Origin: an uncultured bacterium
GTDB lineage: Bacteria; Bacteroidota; Bacteroidia; Chitinophagales; CAIODY01
Direction of reading: 5' to 3'
DNA: 64,000 nucleotides
Assembly (NCBI GenBank): GCA_903857255.1
Contig: CAIODY010000013.1
Span: 5,406-69,405, forward strand
Shown here in pieces: positions 42,218-54,600 of this stretch (positions are counted from its first letter, which is position 1; every line of letters begins with the position of its first letter). The translations under genes were made by a program, and so were the position numbers. The notes below the pieces were generated by a model. The model had not been told where the DNA came from. It worked only from the letters and a program-made list of their open reading frames with translations, and searched no databases.

Positions 42218-45200
42218 TTGAAATTCGGCTTTGTAAAATATTGGCTGTTGTTGCTTATTTTGTTCGCAACAAACATTGGCTCCTATGCTTCGCACATTGT
42301 AGGTGGCGAATTAACTTATGCTTATCTTGGGAATAACCAATATAAATTTACACTTCACCTTTATCGCGATTGTACTTCAAGCACACAGTTTCAAACTACT
42401 TCAACTATTTATTTTTATAAGACAACCGGCTATACTGATGCAAATTTGGGAACTGCGGCTTCACCATCATCAGTTACACTAAACAATATTTCAGGAGGAA
42501 CAAATGGAACAACTATTGCGCCTTATTATTATAGCCCTTGTTTAACTTATCCATCTGGGCTTTGTGTTTCAGAAGCTATTTTCACAGGCACTGCAACACT
42601 TCCTCCAATTGCAGGCGGTTATACAATTATTTACCAAAATTGTTGCAGAAATGCCGGCATCACCAACTTTACAGTTAACTCTGGAGGAGGCGGTGGTGGC
42701 GGCACTGGGTCAACTTACAAATGTATTTTACCTGGCATTGGCAACTCGGCAGATAGTAGCCCAGTTTTTACACAATTACCCCCAACAGCTATTTGTCAAA
42801 ACCAGCCATTTGCTTTTCCATGTGGTGCAGTGGACGGTGATGGGGATTCTTTATCTTATTCGCTTTATACACCTTTTGATGGTAGTCAAACAACACCATC
42901 AGGATACACTACATTAAGTTGGGTATCGCCTTATTCATTAACTAATTTTATTGGTGGCACACCTGCCCTTTCCGTTGACCCAAAGACAGGTGTACTCACT
43001 TGCTACCCATCTACTGCTGGCAGATTTGTAGTGGGCATTAGAGTGGATGAATATCGCAATGGTGTTTATATTGGCTCTGTTTATCGCGATTTTCAATTTA
43101 ATGTAACGGCATGCTCTGCAAATGTTATTGCTCAAGTTCCAAACTCAACAATAACAACGCCTACTGGTACTTATGATACTGTTGTGTTATCTTGCAAATA
43201 CACAACACCAACTGTAAAATTTACAAATAATAGTACGCCCCAAAATACGCTTTCTACATACTATTGGAATTTTGGTGACCCTACTACGAATGCTGATACC
43301 AGCAATATTGCATCACCAACTTATACCTATTCGGATACTGGTTCATACCGAGCTTTTTTAGTAATGAACCCAGGACAGTTGGGCACTTGCACCGATACAA
43401 TTTGGTTTAATGTAAGAGTTTATTACGATAATAAAAAAGGGTTCAGAGTTGCAACTGCTGGAACTTTATACACTTGCCAACTGATTCAATTTACTGATAC
43501 AACAAGGGGTGGTCCTAACCCAATGAGTTATTATTGGACATTTGGTGATGGTGATACATCTCATCATCAGAACCCAGGCCATGTGTATATCAATAGCGGA
43601 GGTTATACGGTTACAGAAATTGTGCAAAATGCTGGCGGATGCAAAGACACAACAAAAAAATCGTTGACTATTATTTCAAAATACCCAACAGCAGCTATTT
43701 TGAATCCTTTGATTGATTGCTCAAGTGATACCATCAACTTTTTAACGCCAACCGTTTCAGCAAATTATTTGTGGAATTTTGGAGACCCAAGTACAAATGC
43801 GGATACAAGTTTATTGGCTAACCCAACTTACGTTTATCCTGCTGATTCAGGTATGTACACTGTTTCGTTAATTATTAACAAAGGCTACCCGAAAACCTGT
43901 ATGGATACTGCTTATGCAACACTCAAAGTTTATCCACCATTCAAAGCAAAATTTGTTTATTCGCCTTCGATGATTTGTATAAATATGCCTTTTCAATTTA
44001 CTGATTCGACTAAAGGAATTGTTATGCCTAATAGTTGGAATTGGACATTTGGTGATGGTGATACCTCACATCATCAGAATCCAACCCACACCTACACTTC
44101 ACCTGGAACGTACACAGTGAAATTAATTTCACAAAACGCAAAAGGTTGCACTGATTCAATGAGTATTACTAAAACCATTTATCCGGTAGCGATAGCAAAT
44201 ATCATTGCACCATCATTAAATTGCCATACTAACACAGTTCAATTCCAAACAACTGGTATTGCACAAACTTACTTTTGGAATTTTGGGGTAAAAAATATTT
44301 CAACCGATACCAGTTATCATATCAACCCAATTTATGCATATACTGATACAGGCACTTATTTCGATACACTCATCTTAAACCCAGGCGCAACAGGCACTTG
44401 CACTGATACAGCCACAGCAACAATAAAAGTTTATTCGCCTTTTACCATTGGCTACACTTATACGCCGCCCTACATTTGCCGAAAGAATTTAGTTCATTTT
44501 TTAGATACTACAATTTCAATTGCAAAGCCATTAACTTGGTGGTGGAATTTGGATGATAATAATACAATTTCAACGGTTCAAAACCCTTTCCACACCTATA
44601 ATGATTCAGGTCGTTATCACATTAAATTAGTGGTGCAAAATCGTGTAGGTTGTGAAGATAGTGTTACCAAATTGATTGGTGTATTTGCGCCGCCAACAGC
44701 TCGAATCAGCGTTGCGCCGCTTACATGCAGTGGTCTAACGGTTAATTTTCAATCGCTCACTTATAGTGGTGGCTATTTTTGGAAATTTAATGATGCAGGC
44801 AAATCGCCCAATGATACCAGTTGGCAATTTGCACCCAACTATACTTTTTCTGATACAGGTACATTCACCACCATGTTTGTTGTAAACCCTGGCGCACAAG
44901 ATTCATGCAGCGATACAGCTTATGCAACAGTAAGAGTGTACGGACCATTTGTGCCAAAGTTTGGTTATTTCCATGCCTATAATTGCCCTAATCACAATGT
45001 GCAATTTACTGATTCATCAACGGGAAAAGAATTTCCAAATCAATGGAGTTGGAATTTTGGCGATACTACTTTTTCAGCATCACAAAATCCAATTCATGTT
45101 TATAAACATGCTGGTACTTATCAGGTGAAATTAATTATTCAAAACCCCAAAGGATGCATGGATAGTATTGTTCACACAATTGTGATAGATACGCAAACGC

Positions 45201-46885
45201 ATAGCAATATCATTGTCCCCAATTTAAGTTGTGATAGTGTTATACATTTTCAAACCACAGCACATGCCACTTATTGGTGGAATTTTGGCGAAACTGCATC
45301 CACAAAAAACACAGATACTATTCAAAAACCAACTCACATTTATAAATCAGCAGGCACTTATACTGCTACTTTAATTGTGTATCCAAACACAGGCTGCGCC
45401 GATACTTCACACAAAACCATACAAGTTGAATTTGGTATAAAAGCCAATTTTATTCCTATCAACGTTTGTGTGTATGATTCGGCTGAATTCTTCAACACTG
45501 CTAATGGTGGACCTTCGGCTTTGGTGCCAACACTTTGGTATTTCGGCGATGCAGATTCCATTTACAGTTCAAGCAATATTGTGAAACACAAATACGCAGT
45601 TGCCAACACTTATCAAGTTACGCAAATTACTACTAATACTTTTGGTTGCAAGGATACTTTGAAACAGAATATAACTATTTATCCAATTCCGATTATCAAC
45701 GCTGGAAGAGACACTTCCATTTGCGATTTAGATACCATCTCTTTGCAAGCCTTTGGTGGTGCTAATTACGTGTGGACACCCAATTATGCGATGGACGATT
45801 CTACTTTGCAATTCCCAACTGTAACGCCTGATGTTACCACAAAATATTTTGTAGAAGTTACTACTACCGAAGGTTGCAGCGCAATGGATAGCGTAATCAT
45901 TACCAATGTAAATCCAAAAAGCGATGGCATTATCAAAGACACAACCATGTGTTATGGCGATACGATTCAATTGAAAGCACCGATTGCTGCTGGCAATTTA
46001 TATGTTTGGTCGCCAAGCCTAACATTGAGCAATGATACAGCTTCCAAGCCATTAGCATTTCCGTTGCAAAAAACAATTTATCAAGTTTATATCCGCAATG
46101 GCAATTGTATTCGCTACGATACTGCTATTGTAAAAGTGAAAATTTTAGCAACGCCAAATGCTGGCAACGATGTAACAATTTGCAACAATCTTTCCACCAC
46201 TTTGCATGCTACACATGGCACAACTTATAGTTGGTCGCCGACTACAAACATGCTTTACAGCAATACGCCCGACCCAGTTGTAGATCCAAAAGTTACCACC
46301 ACTTATTATGTTACTGTAGTTGATACAACAGTTTGTTTGAAGCCTGAAACCGACAGTCTTACTGTGTTTGTTGACCATTTTAAAAATGGCGAAGTGCAAA
46401 ATGATACCAACATTGTTAAAAATATTCCTTCCACTTTATATGCTTATGGCGGCAATCAATACTTGTGGAAACCTTCAACAGGCTTAGATGACAGCACTTC
46501 GGCAACACCAACTTGCACTCTGCAAAACGACCAAGTGTACATCATCAAAATATCCGATGGTAATGGCTGTTTCAATTATGATACTTTGAAAGTGTTTGTA
46601 TTCCCCAACCCAATTGCATTGATGCCGAATGCGTTTTCGCCTAATGGTGATGGCTTAGATGATGTGATAATGCCTGTGTATGCTGGCATCCGAATACTTA
46701 ATCATTTCAATATTTATAATCGTTGGGGGCAATGTGTTTTCTCTACTACCGAAATGAATCAAGGCTGGGATGGCACTTTTCATGGTGTTCAACAACCTAT
46801 GGATACTTATGTTTACCTTTTGGATGGTGTTGATGTGGAAGGCAATGGATTCAATTACAAAGGTGATATCACTTTGATTCGATAA
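42218..46885 (+). CDS. PKD-repeat surface protein with T9SS type B CTD
   Basis: ASHIVGGELTY...YRDC...CCRN N-terminal domain; ~9-10 PKD repeats; MPNAFSPNGDG...IYNRWG...GWDG...GDITLIR. Confidence 0.92.
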   Translation: MKFGFVKYWLLLLILFATNIGSYASHIVGGELTYAYLGNNQYKFTLHLYRDCTSSTQFQTTSTIYFYKTTGYTDANLGTAASPSSVTLNNISGGTNGTTIAPYYYSPCLTYPSGLCVSEAIFTGTATLPPIAGGYTIIYQNCCRNAGITNFTVNSGGGGGGGTGSTYKCILPGIGNSADSSPVFTQLPPTAICQNQPFAFPCGAVDGDGDSLSYSLYTPFDGSQTTPSGYTTLSWVSPYSLTNFIGGTPALSVDPKTGVLTCYPSTAGRFVVGIRVDEYRNGVYIGSVYRDFQFNVTACSANVIAQVPNSTITTPTGTYDTVVLSCKYTTPTVKFTNNSTPQNTLSTYYWNFGDPTTNADTSNIASPTYTYSDTGSYRAFLVMNPGQLGTCTDTIWFNVRVYYDNKKGFRVATAGTLYTCQLIQFTDTTRGGPNPMSYYWTFGDGDTSHHQNPGHVYINSGGYTVTEIVQNAGGCKDTTKKSLTIISKYPTAAILNPLIDCSSDTINFLTPTVSANYLWNFGDPSTNADTSLLANPTYVYPADSGMYTVSLIINKGYPKTCMDTAYATLKVYPPFKAKFVYSPSMICINMPFQFTDSTKGIVMPNSWNWTFGDGDTSHHQNPTHTYTSPGTYTVKLISQNAKGCTDSMSITKTIYPVAIANIIAPSLNCHTNTVQFQTTGIAQTYFWNFGVKNISTDTSYHINPIYAYTDTGTYFDTLILNPGATGTCTDTATATIKVYSPFTIGYTYTPPYICRKNLVHFLDTTISIAKPLTWWWNLDDNNTISTVQNPFHTYNDSGRYHIKLVVQNRVGCEDSVTKLIGVFAPPTARISVAPLTCSGLTVNFQSLTYSGGYFWKFNDAGKSPNDTSWQFAPNYTFSDTGTFTTMFVVNPGAQDSCSDTAYATVRVYGPFVPKFGYFHAYNCPNHNVQFTDSSTGKEFPNQWSWNFGDTTFSASQNPIHVYKHAGTYQVKLIIQNPKGCMDSIVHTIVIDTQTHSNIIVPNLSCDSVIHFQTTAHATYWWNFGETASTKNTDTIQKPTHIYKSAGTYTATLIVYPNTGCADTSHKTIQVEFGIKANFIPINVCVYDSAEFFNTANGGPSALVPTLWYFGDADSIYSSSNIVKHKYAVANTYQVTQITTNTFGCKDTLKQNITIYPIPIINAGRDTSICDLDTISLQAFGGANYVWTPNYAMDDSTLQFPTVTPDVTTKYFVEVTTTEGCSAMDSVIITNVNPKSDGIIKDTTMCYGDTIQLKAPIAAGNLYVWSPSLTLSNDTASKPLAFPLQKTIYQVYIRNGNCIRYDTAIVKVKILATPNAGNDVTICNNLSTTLHATHGTTYSWSPTTNMLYSNTPDPVVDPKVTTTYYVTVVDTTVCLKPETDSLTVFVDHFKNGEVQNDTNIVKNIPSTLYAYGGNQYLWKPSTGLDDSTSATPTCTLQNDQVYIIKISDGNGCFNYDTLKVFVFPNPIALMPNAFSPNGDGLDDVIMPVYAGIRILNHFNIYNRWGQCVFSTTEMNQGWDGTFHGVQQPMDTYVYLLDGVDVEGNGFNYKGDITLIR

Positions 46886-47037
46886 TCTTATCACTGGCTA
46901 TCAATTCCAATAATTTGTACTTGCATTATCTTGAAAAGTGATTCAACTTTGTAACAAGAAATAGTTGTGTTATAAAATGAATAGACGCTATTGAAGCATT
47001 AATTTTGCGTTCCCTTTTTTCAAAATAAATAATCATA

Positions 47038-47191
47038 AACACATAGGTACATAGATTTTTTTTTGACAGTTGTTGATGTAACAAACTATGTTGAAAATTT
47101 ATTTTCCTAAGTAAGCCTTGTTGTTTAATGAGATTGGTTTAGTAGAGCAATAGTCAATGCTACGCATTGAATTCTATTGTGCCTATGTGTT
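47038..47191. repeat. MITE/REP-like element with ~18-bp terminal inverted repeats (CACATAGG type)
   Basis: AACACATAGGTACATAGA ... TCTATTGTGCCTATGTGTT; a lone similar arm lies at 34705-34723. Confidence 0.65.
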
Positions 47192-47250
47192 AAAAAAATG
47201 GGGAAAACAGAACAATCATTCGAAAAACAAATCGAGTTAATTCATCAAAA

Positions 47251-48528
47251 ATGAACATTCTAATTTTAGGTTCGGGCGGAAGAGAACATGCATTTGCATG
47301 GAAAATTGCACAAAGCAAATGGTGTGATAAATTATTTGTTGCACCCGGAAATGCTGGCACAGCAAGTGTTGCAACTAATGTGAATATGCAAGTGAGTGAT
47401 TTTGCAGCCATTGAAAAATTTTGTTTAGAAAATAAAATTGAAATGGTTTTGCCAGCTGGTGAAGAATCTTTGGTAAAAGGTATTTACGATTATTTTTTGA
47501 ACAATAAATTGCTGAAACATATTCCAGTCATCGGTCCATCGATGAATGGTGCACAAATGGAAGGCAGCAAAGCATTTGCAAAAGCATTTATGTTGCGACA
47601 CAATATTCCAACTGCGGCTTACAAAGAAATTACGCAGCAAAATTTTGAAGAAGGGAAAAAATATTTGCTCAATTCGCCATTGCCCATTGTTCTAAAAGCT
47701 GATGGATTAGCTGCTGGCAAAGGTGTATTGATTTGTACATCACACGAAGAAGCGATGGATGAATTATCGCAAATGATTCAATCAGCCAAGTTTGGTGATG
47801 CTTCATCGAAAGTGGTGATTGAACAGTTTTTAAAAGGAATTGAATTGAGTGTGTTTGTATTGACTGATGGAAAAAATTATTTGCTGTTGCCTAATGCTAA
47901 AGATTACAAACGCATTGGCGAAGGTGATACAGGCTTGAATACAGGCGGCATGGGCGCAATTTCACCAGTGCCATTTGCAACTAAAGAATTGATGCAAAAA
48001 GTGGAAGAAAAAATTATTCGCCCAACCATTGAGGGTTTGCAAAAAGATAAAATTGTTTACAAAGGATTTATTTATTTCGGATTGATAAATGTGGCTGGCG
48101 AGCCTTTTGTAATTGAATACAATTGCCGAATGGGCGACCCAGAAACCGAAGCTGTATTGCCCCGAATTGAAAATGATTTAATTGGTTTGTTTAAAGCAGT
48201 AGCTGATGAAAAATTAGCCGAGCAAACTTTGCACGAATCGCCAAAAGTTGCATGTACAGTGGTGTTAGCAAGTGGTGGGTATCCGAACGAATTTGAAAAA
48301 GGTTTTGAAATAGAAATTGCTGAACTGAAAACAGATACAATTGTTTTTCATGCAGGCACAAAATTTAATGAACAAAATAAAATGGTTACCGCAGGTGGCA
48401 GAGTAATGATGGTAACCGCATTGGATGATAATTTGAAGCGTGCCTTAAATAAAGCAATGGCAGCAGTTTCGGGCATTGCATTTCAAAAAAAATATTACCG
48501 AAAAGATATTGGATTAGATGTTTGTTGA
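47251..48528 (+). CDS. purD: Phosphoribosylamine-glycine ligase
   Basis: GSGGREHA, APGNAG, EGSKAFAK, KADGLAAGKGV, GLNTGGMG, GDPE. Confidence 0.99.
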   Translation: MNILILGSGGREHAFAWKIAQSKWCDKLFVAPGNAGTASVATNVNMQVSDFAAIEKFCLENKIEMVLPAGEESLVKGIYDYFLNNKLLKHIPVIGPSMNGAQMEGSKAFAKAFMLRHNIPTAAYKEITQQNFEEGKKYLLNSPLPIVLKADGLAAGKGVLICTSHEEAMDELSQMIQSAKFGDASSKVVIEQFLKGIELSVFVLTDGKNYLLLPNAKDYKRIGEGDTGLNTGGMGAISPVPFATKELMQKVEEKIIRPTIEGLQKDKIVYKGFIYFGLINVAGEPFVIEYNCRMGDPETEAVLPRIENDLIGLFKAVADEKLAEQTLHESPKVACTVVLASGGYPNEFEKGFEIEIAELKTDTIVFHAGTKFNEQNKMVTAGGRVMMVTALDDNLKRALNKAMAAVSGIAFQKKYYRKDIGLDVC

Positions 48529-48652
48529 TGAGCAACAAATAGACTAATTTTGTACTAAATAAAAAAATATTAACCCCAAAAGCAACATTTTTCGTTTATT
48601 TATTATCTTGTAATAGTAGATAACCTTGAATAACAACTTTATTAAACTAATC

Positions 48653-51600
48653 ATGAAAAAAAATTTCTTTCTTTTTTTTCTTCTCTTTTTAAATCTTAGT
48701 CTTTTAATCACTCATTCGTTAAAAGCGCAAGCACCTGTTGCCAACTTTAGTTGTACGGCATCTTTCGCATTGCCGAAGGATAGTTGCTATCCGATGCAGC
48801 TAACATTTAACAACACCACAACTGGTGTTTACGATTCAGCCAATTGGTATTTGGATGTGAGCAGCACAGGCTGTAACGGACCATGGACAGGCTATTTGCA
48901 TCAAACTAAATCAGGCGTAAATTCACACCAAGATTATACAGCTTTGCTGGTTACACCCAATTTTTACCGCTTGTGTTTAAGAGTTGCGAATAGTGCTACT
49001 GGGCAGGTAAACACTTATTGCCAGTGTATTGGGCGAATTTTCCCGACAGTACAACCTGGGTTTGTAGTAGGGACACCTATTGGCTGCGGACAGGTAACTA
49101 CAAACATTTATGCCACTAATCCTGGAACTGTACCACCTTATACTTTTATTTGGTATTTAGGTGCATGCGGTAGCACAATAACAACAACATGCAATGGCAT
49201 TCCGAGTGCAACATCTGGTAATGTTTCTGCATCGTGCCCATGCCTTAATACTACCAAACCATGCTATGGTATTTTTTGTTTGATAACAGATGCCAATGGC
49301 TGCCAGGCAGTTGCCTCTGATTCATGTGCTGTAAAAGCATATTGTAACCCTACTGCTTCTATTTCAGTAGCCGCTAGTGCAAGCACTTGTGTAACAGGAC
49401 AACCAGTAACCATGACCGCTTCGCCAACAGGCATGACAAAATATAGTTGGTGGGTTCCTGCTGCTTCAGGAGCACCTACAAACGGACCATTACGAACAAA
49501 TACCTTGACAACAAGTTTTCCCAGTTTTGGATGTTATGATGTTAAACTCTTAGTGTATGATTCATTAACCCCATCCATTGGTTGTGTTGATTCAGCCATA
49601 CTACCTAATGCAGTTTGTTTACAAGGTATTCAAACCACTTCGCCAGTTCCAAGTTTTTCAGTATCGCCTAATTTAGTATGTTGTGGTTCACCATTTCAAG
49701 TATCGTTTACTGCACAAACCAACCCAACCAGCAGTTGCTGCATTCAAGCCAGTTTTAGTGCTGTACCAGTTGCTGGTTCGCCAGCTTGTGCTACAACGGT
49801 GAATTTAGGTACAGTTCAATCGTGTAATGGATTACCAGGCACACAGTTTTTTTCAATTCCATGTCGTTGCAGCAGTGCAGTAACTTATAAAATTGTGATG
49901 GACCCAGTAATTACAAATATGTGTAGCAACTGTACAGCAACAGTAAGTTCAAACCCAATTAATGTTGTTGTAAACCCAGCACCAGTTGCAAGCATATCAT
50001 TGATGAATGGCTATGTTTCCAGCTATTGTGCACCCTGCCATAAATTTGGTTTTCAAGCTGGTACTAATGTTTCAAATTTACCTGGATATACTTGGGAATG
50101 GCATAACAACTCAACTTGTTCGCCACCCAATGCTTCAACAACTTCAACAGATACAGTAACCTTTTGCGGAAATGGCACTGTGGCATCACCTTCGCAACAA
50201 CATTTTGTATGTTTGAAAATTTGCCAAAGTGTTGCTAATGGCGGCTGCTGCTCTTATGCTAATGATACTGTAACTTTAACCAAACCTTATGGCGATTTTA
50301 CTTACAATGCTCCATTGGGTTGCGGAATAGTTTGCGATTCATTTAAAGCAACTGTTAAAACTGATAGTTTATATAAATGGATAGTGTGGGATGCTAACGG
50401 CGTAACCGCAACTATTCAGACTGGCGTAAATGCTTACAAATTTGCACATTGCTTTACAGGCTTTCCTAATAAGGATACCTGCTACAATGTGATGTTGGTA
50501 CATACCACATATTCCAATGGTGGCGTGGCTTGTTTCGATACCATCTTGAAAAAGAAAATTATCCGCGTTGGGCATCATGTAACAGCAGCAGCGACTTTAT
50601 CAAAAACACAGCTTTGTTTGAAACATGCCACAGTGTACACTTATCCAACTGCTTGTTTGAAATTTATTCCCGACAATCAAAGCATGCAAATTATTCCAAG
50701 CCCAACTGTGCAATTAAGCCAGTGTTCTAATATTTCGTGCAATTATTATTTTACCAAGCAGGTGGGTAATACGCAACAAATAGTTGCGCAATCCTACAAT
50801 TGTGATACGCCTACTGTTTGCTTTACTCAAACAGGTAATTATACAGCTCATTTCATAGTAACTGATAATGCTTGTACCGATACACTTACTTTGCCTACAC
50901 AAGTTTGTGTAAGTGGTATAATTGCCGATATTGTTGATTCAGTACATTGTGCCAATCAGGGTAATTATACACCAATAGTTACTTACAAACCATCATTGAA
51001 ATTTTATGCTTGCAATGGCTTGCCTAATTTGGATTCTTTTAAAGTACACATTTGGAATAAAAGCACTAATACAAATATCTTAGACACCACTATTGATACA
51101 ATGGGTAAGCTTCCGCCCCGAATCAATTATACCTATTCAAGTGGTGGTACATATTTAGTTTGTATGTCAGTATATGATAAGTTCCATGCCATTTGCGATA
51201 CAGATACTATTTGTAAAAACGTATTGGTATTTCCATTTACCGCTGTTATTAATTTAGTGAATAGTCAGCCTACTATTGCATGTCGTGATTTTAATAGCAA
51301 TCGTTGGGTATTTACTGCCAACCAATCATCGCCTGCCAATCCACCCATTTCGAAATGGGTTTGGGGCGACGGCACACCCAATACTCTAAATACCGACCCA
51401 GCAACACACACATTTGATACTTGTGGTATTTTTCAAGTCAAGCTTACCATTTCAAGTGCGTCAGGTGCTTGCCAAGATTCGGCACACTTCACAGTGCAAG
51501 TGCATGATATACAAGATTCGAGTGGGAAACACAATAATTTATTCAGTATAAAACCTTTAAGCGGTAGCTGTAATCGTTGTTTAACATTTAAGAACAAAGC

Positions 51601-54600
51601 TGTTTATTGCCATACAGCACTCGATTCGGTAGTCATTGATTTTGGTGATGGCTCTCCAAAAGCAGTAATACATGGTTCGTGGGATTCAACTGTGCATTGC
51701 TATACAAAAACCACCAATATTTATCCAACAGTTACTTACCACGATATTTATGGCTGCGTTGTTTCAAAAACAGTAGCAGCACCACAAATGACGGGCATTA
51801 CAGCCAATTTTACTGGCTTGCCCGATACTGTATTGTGTGTAGGTACGTGTGTAACTTTAACTGATGCATCAGCAGGGTATGTATATTATTATAAATGGAG
51901 TTTGAGTAGTGCTGGTTGTGCTACTCATCCATATGTTGATAGTAGCAATGTTAGTACATTCCCCCCACCTGCTCAATCGTATTGCTATACTTTTAGTCAG
52001 CCTGGTGTTTATTATTTAGATTTTAACCCAAGCAATTTTTATACCGACCCAACCACTGGTCATCATTGTCAATCGGATACTTGTGTAAGAATTGATGTTA
52101 AAAATACGGTTGCTGATTTTTATATTGCTGATACATTTCCATGCCCAGGCAATGTTGTTAATGTTCCCAATTTAACTACTGGTGCTTATGACCATTTGGT
52201 AGTAACGTTAACCTTACCTAATAGTTCTGTCGTAACTTATACCTATGATAAATATGTTCCACCAAGTTTACCGCCTTATGTTTCAATCCCATTGGGTTAT
52301 CCAGGTAATTATAGTTTGAGTTTTTACGCAAGCAGTACATTAGGATGTAATTCTACTAAATCTAAAACATTTGTAGTGCAAGGTCCGTTAGGTGCATTTC
52401 ATGCTTTATCTCGGCATATATGTTTGGGTGGTACAATAAATTTTGTAGATACTACCAATTCATCAAATGGCGTATTGGTAGATTGGGATGGTGATGGCAC
52501 TGACCAATATCCTTATGATTCAACACATGTTTATAATTTTTCGCACCAGTTTATGTCGTGTGGGAAAAAACAAGTTTTGGCATATATTTCTGATGGTAAT
52601 TGTATTTATCCAATTTCAGATACCGTGAATGTTGATTGCCCAAAAGCGCAATTTGCAAAGGCTTTATCAACTACTGATTTTTGCGGTTCGGCATCAGTGC
52701 AATTGAATGATTTATCATTAAGCTCATCGCCACACGTTTATGGAACAACAATTACATCGCATTTGTGGCAATTGATAGATACCAATAATTTAGTAGTGCA
52801 AACTTCTGTTGCAGTGAATCCTGTGTTTAATATTCATCAAGATGGTTCGTATGCAGTGAAACTGACTATTCAAACTAACTGGGGATGCATTGATAGTACC
52901 ATTCAGCGCAGCATCATTCATATTTACAAATACGCAACGCCACAATTTACTATTTCGCCTGATACTATTTGTATCAACGGTTGTATCAATTTTGCCAACA
53001 CTTCTATCAATCCAGATACAGGTGCATTGCATAGCCGATGGTATTTTAATTGGTCAACAAATACATTAACAAGCAACTTAAATACACCGCAACAATGTTA
53101 TACAACTGCTGGTACTTTTAATGTTGTATTGATTGATACCACCATGCATGGTTGTGTGGATACCAGTGCTGCAAAAACGGTGTTGGTATTGCCTTCTATT
53201 ACACCCAACTTCAGCATTAGCGATACCATGCTGTGCGGCTCAAACAAAAAAGTTGTTGCATTTACAAATACATCAATTCCGTTGGCAGGATTAAATTATT
53301 GTTGGAATTTCGGTGATTCATTGCAAGGCGTTTGTCAATCAACTGCTGTGAATCCATCACACACTTTCCAATTACCAACAGGCGTTGCCAGCGCATGTTA
53401 TACAATTAAATTGATTGTAAAAAATAGTGTTGGTTGTGAAGATAGTATTTCAAAAAGAATTTGCTTGTACAGCAATCCGATAGCAAAATTAATTCCTGAC
53501 CATAGCGAAGCTTGTCATCCATTAAAAGTTGAGGTAAACGATTCTTCATCAAGTTTAAACCCTATAACCGCATACGATTTGCATTGGGGTGATGGTTCGG
53601 ATACGACCATATTCCCAAGCGGAATAACACATGCTTATGCAGATACTGGTACTTACTTTATTCATTATAAAATTACGACACAACAAGGCTGTAGCGATTC
53701 GGTTACAATTGCTGTTATTGACCATGCTTATCCAATTCCATGTGCTGGTAAAGATGATACAATCTGTGCACAACAACAATTGACATTAGGTTGTCCCTCA
53801 TTACCAATGAGTGGATACAATTATAGCTGGAGTACCTTGACAAATGTAGGAACACCATTTAGTTTTATAGCGCATCCTGTCATTACTGCATTCAATAATG
53901 AAAGTTATATTTTAACAATGGTAAGTACAGGTTATGCTTGCCCAGCTTGGGATACAATGAATGTTACCGTTATTCCATTAGTAGTTCCAAGCACCAGCAA
54001 TGATGCCGCAGTTTGTTTAGGCTATTGTGCTACACTTTCAGCATCGGGTGGTTTAACCTATTCATGGACTGATTCTTCCAATCATGTGATTTCAACTGAT
54101 TCTGTAATCACTGTTTGTCCATCATCACCAACTAAATACAATGTAACAATTTGCGGAAAATGCGATTGCCAAACTTTATCCATCAATGTTGATGTGTTTA
54201 CACCACCAGCAATTATTTTAGAGCATAGCATTAGTGGCGACAATATCATTGCTGGGCATGATATTACCATTCCGCCTGTCATCAGCCCTGGTACTGGTTC
54301 GGTAGTTTGGAGACCAAATTATAATTTCAACAATAATGATACGACTAACGCAAGCCCAACAGTTCATCCTGATGTAACTACCACTTATCATGTGTATGTG
54401 ACGGATGGTCATGGTTGTGTTGATTCATCGGATGTAACTATTCATGTGTTGTGTAATTCATCAAATGCTATTTATGTTCCAAATGCGTTTACACCAGAAA
54501 CTCCTGGCGCACAAGGCGGACACAATGATAGATTTTATGTACAAGGAAAAGGTGTAAAAGAGATTAACTACTTTAGAATTTACGACCGTTGGGGTGGAAT

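Noticed and set aside
42682-42703. Poly-Gly tract as a phase-variation site
   Set aside because: Mixed GGA/GGC/GGT codons, not a homopolymer, and in frame
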